A stretch of DNA of 64,000 bases from a virus: positions 32,001 to 96,000 of the IMG/VR virus record IMGVR_UViG_3300045988_173816. One strand, given 5' to 3'. The notes under the pieces are model-generated. The model was not told the DNA's origin. It saw only the letters and a program-made list of their open reading frames with translations, and searched no databases. Position 1 is the stretch's first letter. Every line of letters begins with the position of its first letter. Positions 46,141 through 55,565 of this stretch are shown piece after piece. The position numbers and the translations under genes are program-made.

Positions 46141-46730
46141 CCTTATTGGGTGTGTTAGCACTCTCAGTATCCTCCCCAACCTTGGCATTTGCTAAAGGGG
46201 GTCACGGAGGTGGTCATGGTGGCTCTCATGGAGGTTCTCATGGAGGTTCTCATGGTGGTTCAAAAGGTGGCTCACACGGTGGGTCGAAAGGTTCAACTGG
46301 TGGATCGAAGGGTTCAACTGGCTCACACAACACAAGCAACCACGGAGGTTCAACTGGTTCTAAAAGCAGTTCTCACTCTGTCTCTAGTCACGGTCGGTCT
46401 TACCGACCTAGTGCGATAGGAATGCCGATTTCGTCTTGGCGCTCCCTAAGTTCCCAAGCAGAGTTTAAGAGTGGACACACTGCGGTTCCGTCTTTCACCT
46501 CGTCTGAAAATACGGTGAAGACCTTTTATTCTGCAGACACTCCTTTAAATATGCTTTTGTACCGCCCGTTATATGGTTATAACCACTCGTCTGCACACTA
46601 TTTACCTGTTCAGACTGAGGAAGAAGAGCAAGAGGATAAACCAAAGATAAATATTACTATACTGTGGATTTTAGCTGCTATCTTAGTTCCACTCCTAGCT
46701 TTTATTGGTTATATTGCACTCTCAAATTAA
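46116..46730 (+). CDS. secreted, C-terminally anchored Gly/His/Ser-rich repeat protein
   Basis: Signal peptide ending TLAFA, then GGHGGGHGGSHGGSHGGSHGGSKGGSHGGSKGSTGGSKGSTGSH (DNA repeat at about 46197-46328), and a C-terminal TM ILWILAAILVPLLAFIGYIAL. Confidence 0.6.
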   Translation: MWQKVSKIALLGVLALSVSSPTLAFAKGGHGGGHGGSHGGSHGGSHGGSKGGSHGGSKGSTGGSKGSTGSHNTSNHGGSTGSKSSSHSVSSHGRSYRPSAIGMPISSWRSLSSQAEFKSGHTAVPSFTSSENTVKTFYSADTPLNMLLYRPLYGYNHSSAHYLPVQTEEEEQEDKPKINITILWILAAILVPLLAFIGYIALSN

Positions 46731-46785
46731 GTTTTCTTAGGAAGTTTATAGAGAAAGTTGTTTTAAAAGGATTTGGCAAGTTAAT

Positions 46786-47470
46786 GGAGGGTATCGCATC
46801 ATACTTCGAAATTTTCTCCAATTCGGCAAATTTAAACGTGGAGTTTTTACTCCACATGTGACTGAGTTCTTAGAAACTCAGCAGTAGCAACTATTTAGCT
46901 AACTGAAAACATAATTTCCTTGATTTAAAAGGGTTTTGAGGGTATCGCATCATGGTTTGGGATTTTCTCTCAACTAAAATGGCGCTTTCCCCTTATTTAC
47001 ATTAGTTGGATCGATTGGTAAGTTCTAAATTGCTTGGTACGGCTGGGTTTAGTTAGTTTGGTCAAAATTACAAGAGGGTATCTAATCCCTTCTTTCGATT
47101 TTTCAATTTCTCAAATTGGAATTGAGAGGTTTAAAAAGAGAAAAAGAAGGTTAAATCCCTTGGTACGTTTAGGTTTAACTTAGTTTTCCTAACCTACCGA
47201 AGAAGGTATCTAAACATACTTCTCAAATTTTATTTTCTTAAAAGAAGTGAAGAGTTGAAAATTTGTGCCAACAAAGTTGAAACTCATTGGTACATAAGGT
47301 TTTACACTCGCTTTTTCAACTTATTGGAGAGGGTATCCTTCAGCACCTCCAAAATTTTCTCCAGAGCTTACCAATTAAAAGTCAAAATTTATTGGTAACA
47401 ACTTTGAAAGTCCTTGGAACACAAGGAATTAAACCATATTTCTCAACCTCACTCAGAGGGTATCTAACAT
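46786..47470 (+). repeat. six degenerate 127-151-bp tandem units, each headed by RAGGGTATC
   Basis: GGTATC at 46790, 46941, 47077, 47205, 47332 and 47459. Shared boxes are AAATTTTCTC/CTCAAATTT and YTTGGTAC. Lies in a 975-bp spacer. Confidence 0.7.
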
Positions 47471-47705
47471 AAGACCTCAAATTTGATTTTTACGTGTCTA
47501 TTTGGAGTGAGTTTTTTCAAAATAAGTAGGTGCTTTCTCTAAGAAAATACCCAATTCCCTTACCACACAAGCAGTTTCGCTAGTTTTCTCTATAAAAACA
47601 AGCAAAACCCTTGATTTAATTTCAGCATAAACATAAAAATTAGATTTTAAATATATAAAAAGAAAAATGGACTAATTTCAGTCTCATTATTTAAATAGTA
47701 GAAAG

Positions 47706-49922
47706 TTGGTAAAAATGTATCAATCAGCACTCGACAACCTCAGTAACGACAAGGGTTTTGCTAGTGTAAAACCTAGTGCAAATTCAAAGCAACAACCTAC
47801 TGAGGAACAAATTTACGAAGAAAATATGAAGAAGTATTTGGACTTGGTTGCTTCTAAAGGTTATAATTTAGAAGAACTAGAACCAATTATTCGCTCTGAG
47901 GGTCGCACAGAGTTGTTTGCGACTGCGGGTTCAGGTAAGTCCACTTCGATTTCTTTGATTTTAGCAAAGGATAAAACCATTGGTCGCTTGTCTCCAGCTA
48001 ACCGAGGTAAGAAAGTTGCTTGGGTGACTACCTTCTTAAGTAAAGGCGCAGAAGAGATTAAACAGAACGTAGAGCGCACTTTCGCTAAACTAGGTCTTAC
48101 TGGAGTATCCACTTCCGATATTACATTCAGCACATTACAATCAGAGTTCTTTGAGCTTTTACGACTTCGTGGGTTTAACCTCACAGATAAGTCAAAGTCA
48201 GACTATGTTCAAATGTTAGACGCAGGTGGTGGTGATACTGAGGGTTCTCGTAATTTCAATGCTATTATGGGTAGACTTTTCCGTAAACATGACTTAGGTG
48301 ATGAAGGTAGTAACTATGTTTCTCTTCAAGATAAAAGAGATTTGGCTGCTATTATTTCAAACTACCGTAACTGTTCTATTTCTGAGTACCAATTTGGAGA
48401 AGCAGCAGACACGGCTAAACGCTTGAATCTCCCAAGAAACTTACTTCCAGTTGTAGTTGAAGATTACCAAGCACTCAAAGAGTCCTTGAACGTTATTGAC
48501 TTTGATGATTTGATGACTTACGTTTACGATTATATGGTCGTAGAAAAGGAAGATGATCCAGTTCAGATGGCTTGGGTCAACTTCTACAAAAACCGTTACG
48601 AATACTTCATGTTGGACGAAGCTCAAGATATGTCTGAGTTGCAGTACCAAGTATTGAAACCAATTTTTGAGAACTGTCCGCGTGTTGTTATTGTAGGGGA
48701 CCCAGACCAGTCGATTTATGGTTTCCGTGGTTCAAACCCAGAAGTCATGGAGTGGTTCGACAAGGAGTATAAGCCTACTAAATACCCACTCTCGGTATCT
48801 TACCGTTGCCCGTCAAATATTTTGAAGCCAATTACCAAATCAATTGAGAAGAACTCAAATCGTTATGAACATTCTCTTCGCTCATTTAAAGAAGGTGGAG
48901 TCCTTGAAGCTTACCATTTCGACTCTGTAAAAGATATGGCTGAAGCTTCTTTGCAATTGATTGATAAATATTTAGCTGAAGGAAAAACCATTGCAGTTCA
49001 ATCTCGAGTAAATTTCACTTATTCTCCAGCTTCTATTCTTTACGCAGTGAAGCGCCAAGGTGACTTCAACTTACTAGGAGACGTAAGGGATTTTAGAACC
49101 ACTCGTTATAAAAAGGTTTGGAATCTTATTGAAATGGTGCGTGGTCGAGGTTTGGTGGATATTAAGAATAACTTAAAAGTTTTAGCTCCAGAGTTGAAAC
49201 CTTGGGACGCTAAAAACCTCGCAGAGCGCCTAATGAATGCTATTCCAGAAAATAAAAATGTGTTGTTCTCCGATAACTACGCTTATTTGGACTTCATTGC
49301 GCAAGAATATGGTCTCAAGTCTATGGCTACTTTGGTAGACAAGTTACGAAAGACTTATGGTCAAGAATTTCCCGGAGAAATGGTTCTATTTAAAGAGCTT
49401 TTGGCTCATGTCCTTTATTGGGGGGAGCCCGCTAATGCAGAGGTAGTCGGCACTATTTCAACATTGGCAGAGGAAAGTGAAACTGTTACAGACTTCTTTA
49501 GCAACATGGACTTTATCAATAACAAAATTGGTGAAGCTAAGAGGGGTGGGACTTCACTCTTAACTTTTGCTACTCCATTTAGCTTTAAAGGACGTGAAGC
49601 CAATGTCAACATTATTTTTGATGCTTCTGACGGTGTCTTCCCTTACACATTAAGTGGTGAGTTGAGTTATGAAGAAGAGCGTCGAGTTCACTTTGTAGCA
49701 GGAACACGTGGTGATGAGGTCACTATTTACCTTACTCGCAGAGGAAAGGCTTCACCATTCTTGAAAGAGATGGGTATCCCTATAAAAGCGTGGACTCCAC
49801 TTGACGGAGTGGTACTAAATGGTGTAAAATTAAAGGAGGAGTTGAGATTGAAAGAACGCATGCAAAAAGCCAAGGTCGAAGAACAACTTGGCGCGTTCAC
49901 AGACTTCGATTTTAAACTTTAA
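47706..49922 (+). CDS. UvrD/Rep/PcrA-family superfamily-1 DNA helicase
   Basis: Motifs ATAGSGKST (I), TTFLSKGA (Ia), MLDEAQDMS (II), VIVGDPDQSIYGFRGS (III), SYRCPSNI (IV), TPFSFKGREANVNIIF (V), VHFVAGTRGDE (VI). The start may be ATG 47715. Confidence 0.85.
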   Translation: MVKMYQSALDNLSNDKGFASVKPSANSKQQPTEEQIYEENMKKYLDLVASKGYNLEELEPIIRSEGRTELFATAGSGKSTSISLILAKDKTIGRLSPANRGKKVAWVTTFLSKGAEEIKQNVERTFAKLGLTGVSTSDITFSTLQSEFFELLRLRGFNLTDKSKSDYVQMLDAGGGDTEGSRNFNAIMGRLFRKHDLGDEGSNYVSLQDKRDLAAIISNYRNCSISEYQFGEAADTAKRLNLPRNLLPVVVEDYQALKESLNVIDFDDLMTYVYDYMVVEKEDDPVQMAWVNFYKNRYEYFMLDEAQDMSELQYQVLKPIFENCPRVVIVGDPDQSIYGFRGSNPEVMEWFDKEYKPTKYPLSVSYRCPSNILKPITKSIEKNSNRYEHSLRSFKEGGVLEAYHFDSVKDMAEASLQLIDKYLAEGKTIAVQSRVNFTYSPASILYAVKRQGDFNLLGDVRDFRTTRYKKVWNLIEMVRGRGLVDIKNNLKVLAPELKPWDAKNLAERLMNAIPENKNVLFSDNYAYLDFIAQEYGLKSMATLVDKLRKTYGQEFPGEMVLFKELLAHVLYWGEPANAEVVGTISTLAEESETVTDFFSNMDFINNKIGEAKRGGTSLLTFATPFSFKGREANVNIIFDASDGVFPYTLSGELSYEEERRVHFVAGTRGDEVTIYLTRRGKASPFLKEMGIPIKAWTPLDGVVLNGVKLKEELRLKERMQKAKVEEQLGAFTDFDFKL

Positions 49923-49934
49923 TTTTAAGATTGT

Positions 49935-50882
49935 GTGGTAGAGAATTTGAATAATAAAACCTCTTTAGGACTTTCCTTTTTCGATTTGCAGAAGATGGAT
50001 ATAAACCAAAACGTGAAGGATGAGTTAACCCTCGGTATCCTTCACGGCTTGGATTTAACTTCTTATGTGACGAGTGATAATATTGACTTTGAGTTATTAC
50101 GAGCTATTCGATTGTGTTTGGAACATGATGTTCCTTTACATTTAGTTAATGCAAATTTAGATAAAGATATTTTGATTCCTTTATATCGCTTGTACAGTGC
50201 ACATCGAACTGTTGACTCATGCGGATTAAGTAAATATTTCAACTCAACTACAAATGAGTTGATGCTAGAGTCTCGCACATTAGGGGTTTTGGTAGATTTG
50301 GCTTTAGAAAACGTAGATTTTTCTCAGATTGATTTTACCTTTATTCCTTTAGCTACAGTTGATGTTTTTGCTTCTGCTTTAGCACAAGGTGTTGAGATTT
50401 CTGACTTGCAAAAGAGCCGAGCGGTATCCGATAAAGATTACTTAGATTTTTTGATTTCCTTGCGTTTAGCAGGTGTTGATATTTCACCATTTTTGGAAGG
50501 TTCTTGGTCTGAGGAACAAGTCCTTGCAATTTTGAGAGGTCGATTAAAAGTTTCGGTTGTAGAGTTTATTACACATTATATCAATGAGAACTTTACTGCA
50601 GGTCAGATTGAACAGTGTTGGAGAGCTTCGGACTTTGGTTGCTTGAGTTTGGTGTGTAGTGTCGATCGAGACGGTTTTCCGATTTATAATGAGTACCAAA
50701 TGTATCAAATTGTTGAAGGTGCTCGCTTTAACTTAGATTATCGTTTATATGCAGACCCTTCGTTGAATGATTCAGAGATGGCTTTAGAGCGAACTGAGTT
50801 ATTTAAGAAAGCTGATGAGAACAAAAGGGGTGCTTTGTCGAGTAAGATTAAGTCTTATAAACCTAAAGGTGCTTTTTGGTGA
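49935..50882 (+). CDS. hypothetical protein
   Basis: 315-codon GTG ORF. Confidence 0.55.
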   Translation: MVENLNNKTSLGLSFFDLQKMDINQNVKDELTLGILHGLDLTSYVTSDNIDFELLRAIRLCLEHDVPLHLVNANLDKDILIPLYRLYSAHRTVDSCGLSKYFNSTTNELMLESRTLGVLVDLALENVDFSQIDFTFIPLATVDVFASALAQGVEISDLQKSRAVSDKDYLDFLISLRLAGVDISPFLEGSWSEEQVLAILRGRLKVSVVEFITHYINENFTAGQIEQCWRASDFGCLSLVCSVDRDGFPIYNEYQMYQIVEGARFNLDYRLYADPSLNDSEMALERTELFKKADENKRGALSSKIKSYKPKGAFW

Positions 50883-50886
50883 TTTC

Positions 50887-51102
50887 ATGGGTGCAGAGGT
50901 TTACCTTTATGGTTTATATGTTTTTCTTTGGTACTTTTTACTTCGTTTAGGGGTATCCTTTGGTTTGAAGGAACTTGGTTTATTTGAGAAGGTTGTTAAT
51001 AAGTACCTTATGAGAAATGCTCATTTAATAGGCGCTTGCGTAGGTTTGATAAGCTTGTCTGCCTTATGGTTGATTGCTTTGGTTCAATATTTTCTAACAT
51101 GA
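50887..51102 (+). CDS. small membrane protein
   Basis: ATG 50887 (MGAEVYLYGLYVFLWYFLL...) with two TM segments. The track start 50815 overlaps the previous gene. Confidence 0.45.
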   Translation: MGAEVYLYGLYVFLWYFLLRLGVSFGLKELGLFEKVVNKYLMRNAHLIGACVGLISLSALWLIALVQYFLT

Positions 51103-51127
51103 AGAGAGGTTTTAAAACCTCTCTTTC
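51103..51127 (+). terminator. rho-independent terminator
   Basis: Stem AGAGAGGTT-ttaaa-AACCTCTCT followed by TTCT. Confidence 0.6.
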
Positions 51128-51130
51128 TAT

Positions 51131-51159
51131 TTGACGAAATTACTTATTTTTGGTATAAT
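51131..51159 (+). promoter_or_regulatory. sigma-A promoter with extended -10
   Basis: TTGACG, 17-bp spacer, TGgTATAAT (TATAAT at 51154-51159), then AAAAGAAA. Confidence 0.65.
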
Positions 51160-51200
51160 AAAAGAAATGATAAAATTAAATGAGAAGTAGGAGACTTACT

Positions 51201-51431
51201 ATGATTGAACTAATTGAAGATTTGAAACAAAAGTATAAATTAAGCTTTAGTGGTGACTTTGAAGTTTTAACGGAGGGTGAGAATAAGGTTATTCGGTATC
51301 ATTCTAAACTTTCTGAAATTGGAACTGTTTCATCTAAATTACTAAATCCTAAAGTTTGCGTAGCAGATTTGTTAAGTTTTTTAGAGTGTCTTTCTTTTAT
51401 GGAAGAAACTTTTATAAAAATGGCTAGTTAG
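51201..51431 (+). CDS. hypothetical protein
   Basis: ATG 51201 after GTAGGAG is preferred over the track start 51180. Confidence 0.45.
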   Translation: MIELIEDLKQKYKLSFSGDFEVLTEGENKVIRYHSKLSEIGTVSSKLLNPKVCVADLLSFLECLSFMEETFIKMAS

Positions 51432-51477
51432 TAATAGTTTTAACTAGATTAAACAAAAATAATCAAGATAAGGTTAA

Positions 51478-52368
51478 ATGGTAATATTGATGCCAGCATT
51501 AGATAAGGATATTTATAGAGAAATTAAAGCTGAAGCAGATCGTGTGTCTGCTATTATGGATGATTTAATTGAAGGTCGAATTAGTGCTAGTCAAGCTGAA
51601 GTACGTTTAGGTGCTAAATATAAAGGGTTAGCAACTCGAAAAAGCAAAACAAAAGAGAACTGGGTATCCGAGCAATTGGTTGCACCTTTAAAGAGTACGC
51701 AGGTTTTAAACAGTAATTTACTGAAAGGTTTGCAGACAACTGCCTTTGGTTCTTTATGCTCTATGCTTTTCGGTAATGAACCAATTAAACGCTTAAATGA
51801 ACTATTTTTCACAGGATTTTTACCTTCTATTCGTAAGTCATTAGAGGAAGTTTCTGAGGAGGAACGTACATGGTTTGAGTTTTACTTTAAAGGGAGTACG
51901 TGGTTGCATTGTACTACTTCTGGCGACTTTTTAGAGACGGTATCTCAGTTGAAACCTGTTCCTCCAACTCGCTTTGATTTTGCTCGAAGTTCTATTTCAA
52001 CCTTGTTGGGTCTTTTAACTGCTAAGTGGTATGTCCATAGAGGTGTTGTTTGTACTTATTCTAATAGTGATGTTTTGAAAGCTCGTTTGAAGTTTGAGCG
52101 CTATGTTTTGAGTGCTGATTACAAATTGTATTATACAAAAGTGCGTACTGATAAAGGTTTTGAACCTAAACTAACAGTTGATGTACTACCTAATAAGGTT
52201 TGTAACTTGTTAAAGGAAAATGGAATTTATTTGTTGGATGATGTCCGTGGTCGGTCTCCTAAAGAAATAAGAAAACTGAATGGTTTAGGTTTTGGTTCTT
52301 TTGTTAAGTTAGGTGCAGTCATGGATTTGTTAGGGTATCCATTTGAAAACTGGGAGAGAGTTCGATAA
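51478..52368 (+). CDS. hypothetical protein with C-terminal helix-hairpin-helix-like motif
   Basis: IRKLNGLGFGSFVKLGAVMDLLG resembles an HhH / RNAP alpha-CTD-type motif. Confidence 0.5.
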   Translation: MVILMPALDKDIYREIKAEADRVSAIMDDLIEGRISASQAEVRLGAKYKGLATRKSKTKENWVSEQLVAPLKSTQVLNSNLLKGLQTTAFGSLCSMLFGNEPIKRLNELFFTGFLPSIRKSLEEVSEEERTWFEFYFKGSTWLHCTTSGDFLETVSQLKPVPPTRFDFARSSISTLLGLLTAKWYVHRGVVCTYSNSDVLKARLKFERYVLSADYKLYYTKVRTDKGFEPKLTVDVLPNKVCNLLKENGIYLLDDVRGRSPKEIRKLNGLGFGSFVKLGAVMDLLGYPFENWERVR

Positions 52369-52682
52369 TGTTTAAGTTACGAAAAAGACCTAGAAATAAA
52401 ACTCTTCTGTTCAAAGAATTGTTGGCTTCTAGTTTAGTGGAAGATAGAGATGGTTTTCTTCACGGTGAGACCTTGATTTGGAAGATTCGAGAGTGCCCTA
52501 GTGGTTTAATGATTCAGTTTTCGGATGGTGTAATAAATGTTTTGAAATTGGAAGAACGTGGTGCATATTGGTTTCCTAATGAGAAACAAACCACTGTGGT
52601 ATCTGATTCAAATGCTTTGAAACATCGCATTAAGAAGAAAGTTCTTATGAGTTACTATAAAAAAGTGGGGAAACTTAAATGA
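52368..52682 (+). CDS. small protein, paralog family member 1
   Basis: LMIQFSDGVINVLKLEERGAYWFP aligns with the two following ORFs. Confidence 0.5.
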   Translation: MFKLRKRPRNKTLLFKELLASSLVEDRDGFLHGETLIWKIRECPSGLMIQFSDGVINVLKLEERGAYWFPNEKQTTVVSDSNALKHRIKKKVLMSYYKKVGKLK

Positions 52683-53020
52683 AATTGAAATATGAAGACT
52701 ACACAGAAAAAACAACTTTGGTAATTGAACTAAGTGAAGTTTTAGCAGGTTACACTGTTTTTACTACAGGTAGTGAGTTTAGTTTTCAACATCGACTTAA
52801 TTTAGTTCAGTCAGTACATTTATCTAAACTCTGTATACAAATTGTTTTCACGGATGGTACAACAAAGGTTTTAATTTTAGGGGATGATAAACCTTATTGG
52901 TCTGAAACTGAGATTAAACCCGATTTTGGGTCTAACTATCCTAGCGCAACTCAGTTATTGGAGAAGATGAAACAAGTTGTTGTAGATTACCTTTATGAAG
53001 AGTTAGATAGTGAGATTTAA
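52679..53020 (+). CDS. small protein, paralog family member 2
   Basis: MKLKYEDY... IQIVFTDGTTKVLILGDDKPYWSE. Confidence 0.55.
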   Translation: MKLKYEDYTEKTTLVIELSEVLAGYTVFTTGSEFSFQHRLNLVQSVHLSKLCIQIVFTDGTTKVLILGDDKPYWSETEIKPDFGSNYPSATQLLEKMKQVVVDYLYEELDSEI

Positions 53021-53353
53021 TTGATGAAACTGAAATATGACAATTATCTGTTGGATAAAACAGTGCCAGAGTATTTATCTGCAACCTTGGTTTCCCTTGT
53101 GTTGCATAGTGTAGGTGTGAATAGTATGTTATGGGAGGCTCGTACATTTGTTAGTTCTGTGAGATTAACTCAGTTTGAGATTTCAATTACTTTTATCGAT
53201 GGTTCCACTAAGACTTTGTTGTTAAAAGAACCAACTCCTTACTGGTATAAAGATGGTATTGTACCTAATTTTGGGTATCCTCACATTAAACCTAAACACT
53301 ATTTGAATCGCTTACGTCAAGAGGTGATTGACGTTTTGTACGTTGAAGATTAA
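53021..53353 (+). CDS. small protein, paralog family member 3
   Basis: MKLKYDNY... ISITFIDGSTKTLLLKEPTPYWYK. Confidence 0.55.
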   Translation: MMKLKYDNYLLDKTVPEYLSATLVSLVLHSVGVNSMLWEARTFVSSVRLTQFEISITFIDGSTKTLLLKEPTPYWYKDGIVPNFGYPHIKPKHYLNRLRQEVIDVLYVED

Positions 53354-53364
53354 GGGGTTCCTCT

Positions 53365-54007
53365 ATGGTAGATTTTAGTAAGGATAGTCAAGATACTAGA
53401 TTTAACTTAGATAAGCTAAACGTTGTCTTGTTTGTCTCAAGAAATAAGGATAACAAGCACCTTGAAACTTTTAAAGAAAGAAAAGTATCCTTTGTTACAA
53501 CTAAGGATTTTGAAGAAATTAAGTCTCAGTTTCAAGTTTTTATTAATGAAGGTCAAGTTGGTGAATTTTCAAGAATGTACATTTCTGTTAATCCAAGGTC
53601 TAACTCAAAAAACCTTCAAGGCTTTGCAACACTTGATGTTGGATCAAGAGTTTGCTTTATCTACATTACCTCAAAAGGTAGCTTCTCTTGCAGTTAAGGT
53701 AGAAAATGCTTATGGAGATAAACATAATTGGTTGTTTGACTTTGATCCGATTAAAGGTCAAGATGTTGAGGTTTTGTTAACTAAGTTTGTTGAAGACTTA
53801 CATATTGCACATGAGACCACGCAGACAAAGAAAGGTCAAAAGCGACCTCCAAATTCTGTAACTTTGCACAAAACTCCTAATGGTTATGCAGTTATTGTAA
53901 ATCAACGTTTTGACACACGACAGTTGTTACAAAAGTACCCTAATGTTGAGTTAAAACGTGATGCTATGTTGTGTTATGATTGGGGTTACTATACAGATGC
54001 TGAGTAA
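53365..54007 (+). pseudogene. single gene split by a +1 frame change at an A6 run (pseudogene, sequencing indel or programmed slippage)
   Basis: Frame-1 ORF 53365-53697 and frame-2 ORF 53423-54007 both look protein-like only on opposite sides of TCAAAAAACC (about 53605-53612). The joined product (about 214 aa) carries YISVNPR, WLFDFD and TPNGYAVIV. Confidence 0.45.
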
Positions 54008-54062
54008 GAAGGGAAGTAGTGCAAACAAACTACTTTGATTAAACAGTGAGACTAGAAGGAGA

Positions 54063-55301
54063 GTGTACTATTTGAATGTATTGGAATTATTTGCAGGAGT
54101 AGGTGGTTTCCGAGTAGGTCTTGAGAAAGCAAGTCCTACTTTTAAAACTTTGTGGTCGAACCAGTTTGAACCGTCGAGAAAGTCACAAGATGCTTTTGAG
54201 GTTTACAATTATCATTTCCCAGACAGTGAAAACTGGAATGAAGATATTTCTTTGATTTCCGACGAGCGTTTTTCTGCTTTAAAAGGTAAGGTAGATTTGA
54301 TTGTAGGCGGGTTTCCCTGCCAAGACTATTCTGTAGCAAGAACTAAGAAAGATGAAAAGGGTATCGAAGGAAAGAAAGGGGTATTATTTTGGGAAATCAT
54401 TAGAGCCACTAAACTAAGTAATCCTAAGTATTTACTCCTCGAAAATGTAGATCGCTTGTTAAAAGCCCCCTCTAAGCAAAGAGGGAGAGACTTTGCTATT
54501 ATGCTGAGAGCTTTTGCAGATTTAGGTTATGGTGTTGATTGGAGAGTTATTAACCCTGCTGATTATGGATGGTGTCAGCGAAGAAAGAGAGTCTTTCTCT
54601 TTGTTTATCGGAAAGATACCGACTATTTCAAGCAACAACAGAGTTTAGAAGATTTCGGAGTAGGTATTAGTGGTATCTTTGAGGAAGCTTACCCAACTAA
54701 AGATGAGGTTGTAAAAGACAGATTTCATTCGTTTATCTTACCCGAAGACATCGTAGAGGTCTCAGATTCGTTCTCTATGAACTTTTGGTACGCTGGTAGC
54801 ATGATAGAAGGTCAAGTCGTTACAAAGGAGCTAAAGCCTTATTATGATGGTGCTTACTTATTCTTAAAAGATGTTTTAGAAAACCCTTCTGATTTACCAA
54901 AGGAACTTTATTTGTCTGAGGACAAAGTAGATAAGTTCCGGTATCTAAGAGGCGCTAAGAAGTTTGAGCGCACTAATTCAGAGGGGTATACTTACACTTA
55001 CTCTGAAGGCGCTATGGCTTTAGTAGATAGCACAGATTTACCGTCTCGTACTTTGTTGACTTCTGATGGTTCTATTAGTCGCACCACTCACTTAGTTGAA
55101 GATGAGAAAGGGTATCGTCTCTTAACTGCACTTGAAACTGAGCGCCTACAAGGTTTCCCCGATAATTGGACTGAGATTAAACGCAGTAAAGGTAAGGATG
55201 TAGTGGTATCCGATACAAGAAGAAAATTCTTTATGGGAAATGCTCTAGTTGTTGAGGTTGTTGAGAGTTTAGGTAAATACATTGCTTATAGATTAAATTA
55301 G
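54063..55301 (+). CDS. DNA (cytosine-5)-methyltransferase
   Basis: Motifs LELFAGVGGF (I), GGFPCQDYS (IV), LLENV (VI), QRRKRVF (VIII), ERLQGFPDNW and GNALVV (X). The likely true start is TTG 54072, 10 nt after AAGGAG. Confidence 0.85.
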   Translation: MYYLNVLELFAGVGGFRVGLEKASPTFKTLWSNQFEPSRKSQDAFEVYNYHFPDSENWNEDISLISDERFSALKGKVDLIVGGFPCQDYSVARTKKDEKGIEGKKGVLFWEIIRATKLSNPKYLLLENVDRLLKAPSKQRGRDFAIMLRAFADLGYGVDWRVINPADYGWCQRRKRVFLFVYRKDTDYFKQQQSLEDFGVGISGIFEEAYPTKDEVVKDRFHSFILPEDIVEVSDSFSMNFWYAGSMIEGQVVTKELKPYYDGAYLFLKDVLENPSDLPKELYLSEDKVDKFRYLRGAKKFERTNSEGYTYTYSEGAMALVDSTDLPSRTLLTSDGSISRTTHLVEDEKGYRLLTALETERLQGFPDNWTEIKRSKGKDVVVSDTRRKFFMGNALVVEVVESLGKYIAYRLN

Positions 55302-55313
55302 TGAGGTAAAATT

Positions 55314-55565
55314 ATGGCAAAGCGAGTTTATGAGAGAAGAAAAGAAGTATATCTCGTTGAGTTCTACGGTGATTATCACTACTTAGCGACTGCAAAGCGC
55401 TTGCAAAATCTTTTGAAGTCAGGTGAGTTATTAGGTGAGAGAGTTGAGATTGAATTAGAGAAACTTGGTAAGAATTGGGTTGTTCCCACCTCTACTTTAG
55501 ATAATTTACACTCTCGATTTGAAGAAGGAGGTCTCGGTATCTCTCCTTTGCAGTTAGAGTTTTAA
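55314..55565 (+). CDS. hypothetical protein
   Basis: 83-codon ORF with RBS GAGG. Confidence 0.5.
   Translation: MAKRVYERRKEVYLVEFYGDYHYLATAKRLQNLLKSGELLGERVEIELEKLGKNWVVPTSTLDNLHSRFEEGGLGISPLQLEF

Noticed and set aside
46664-47472. ORFs 46664-46861 and 47287-47472 (+) within the helicase-upstream spacer.
   Set aside because: They are short, lack an RBS, span the degenerate 130-bp repeat units, and their sequences are not protein-like.
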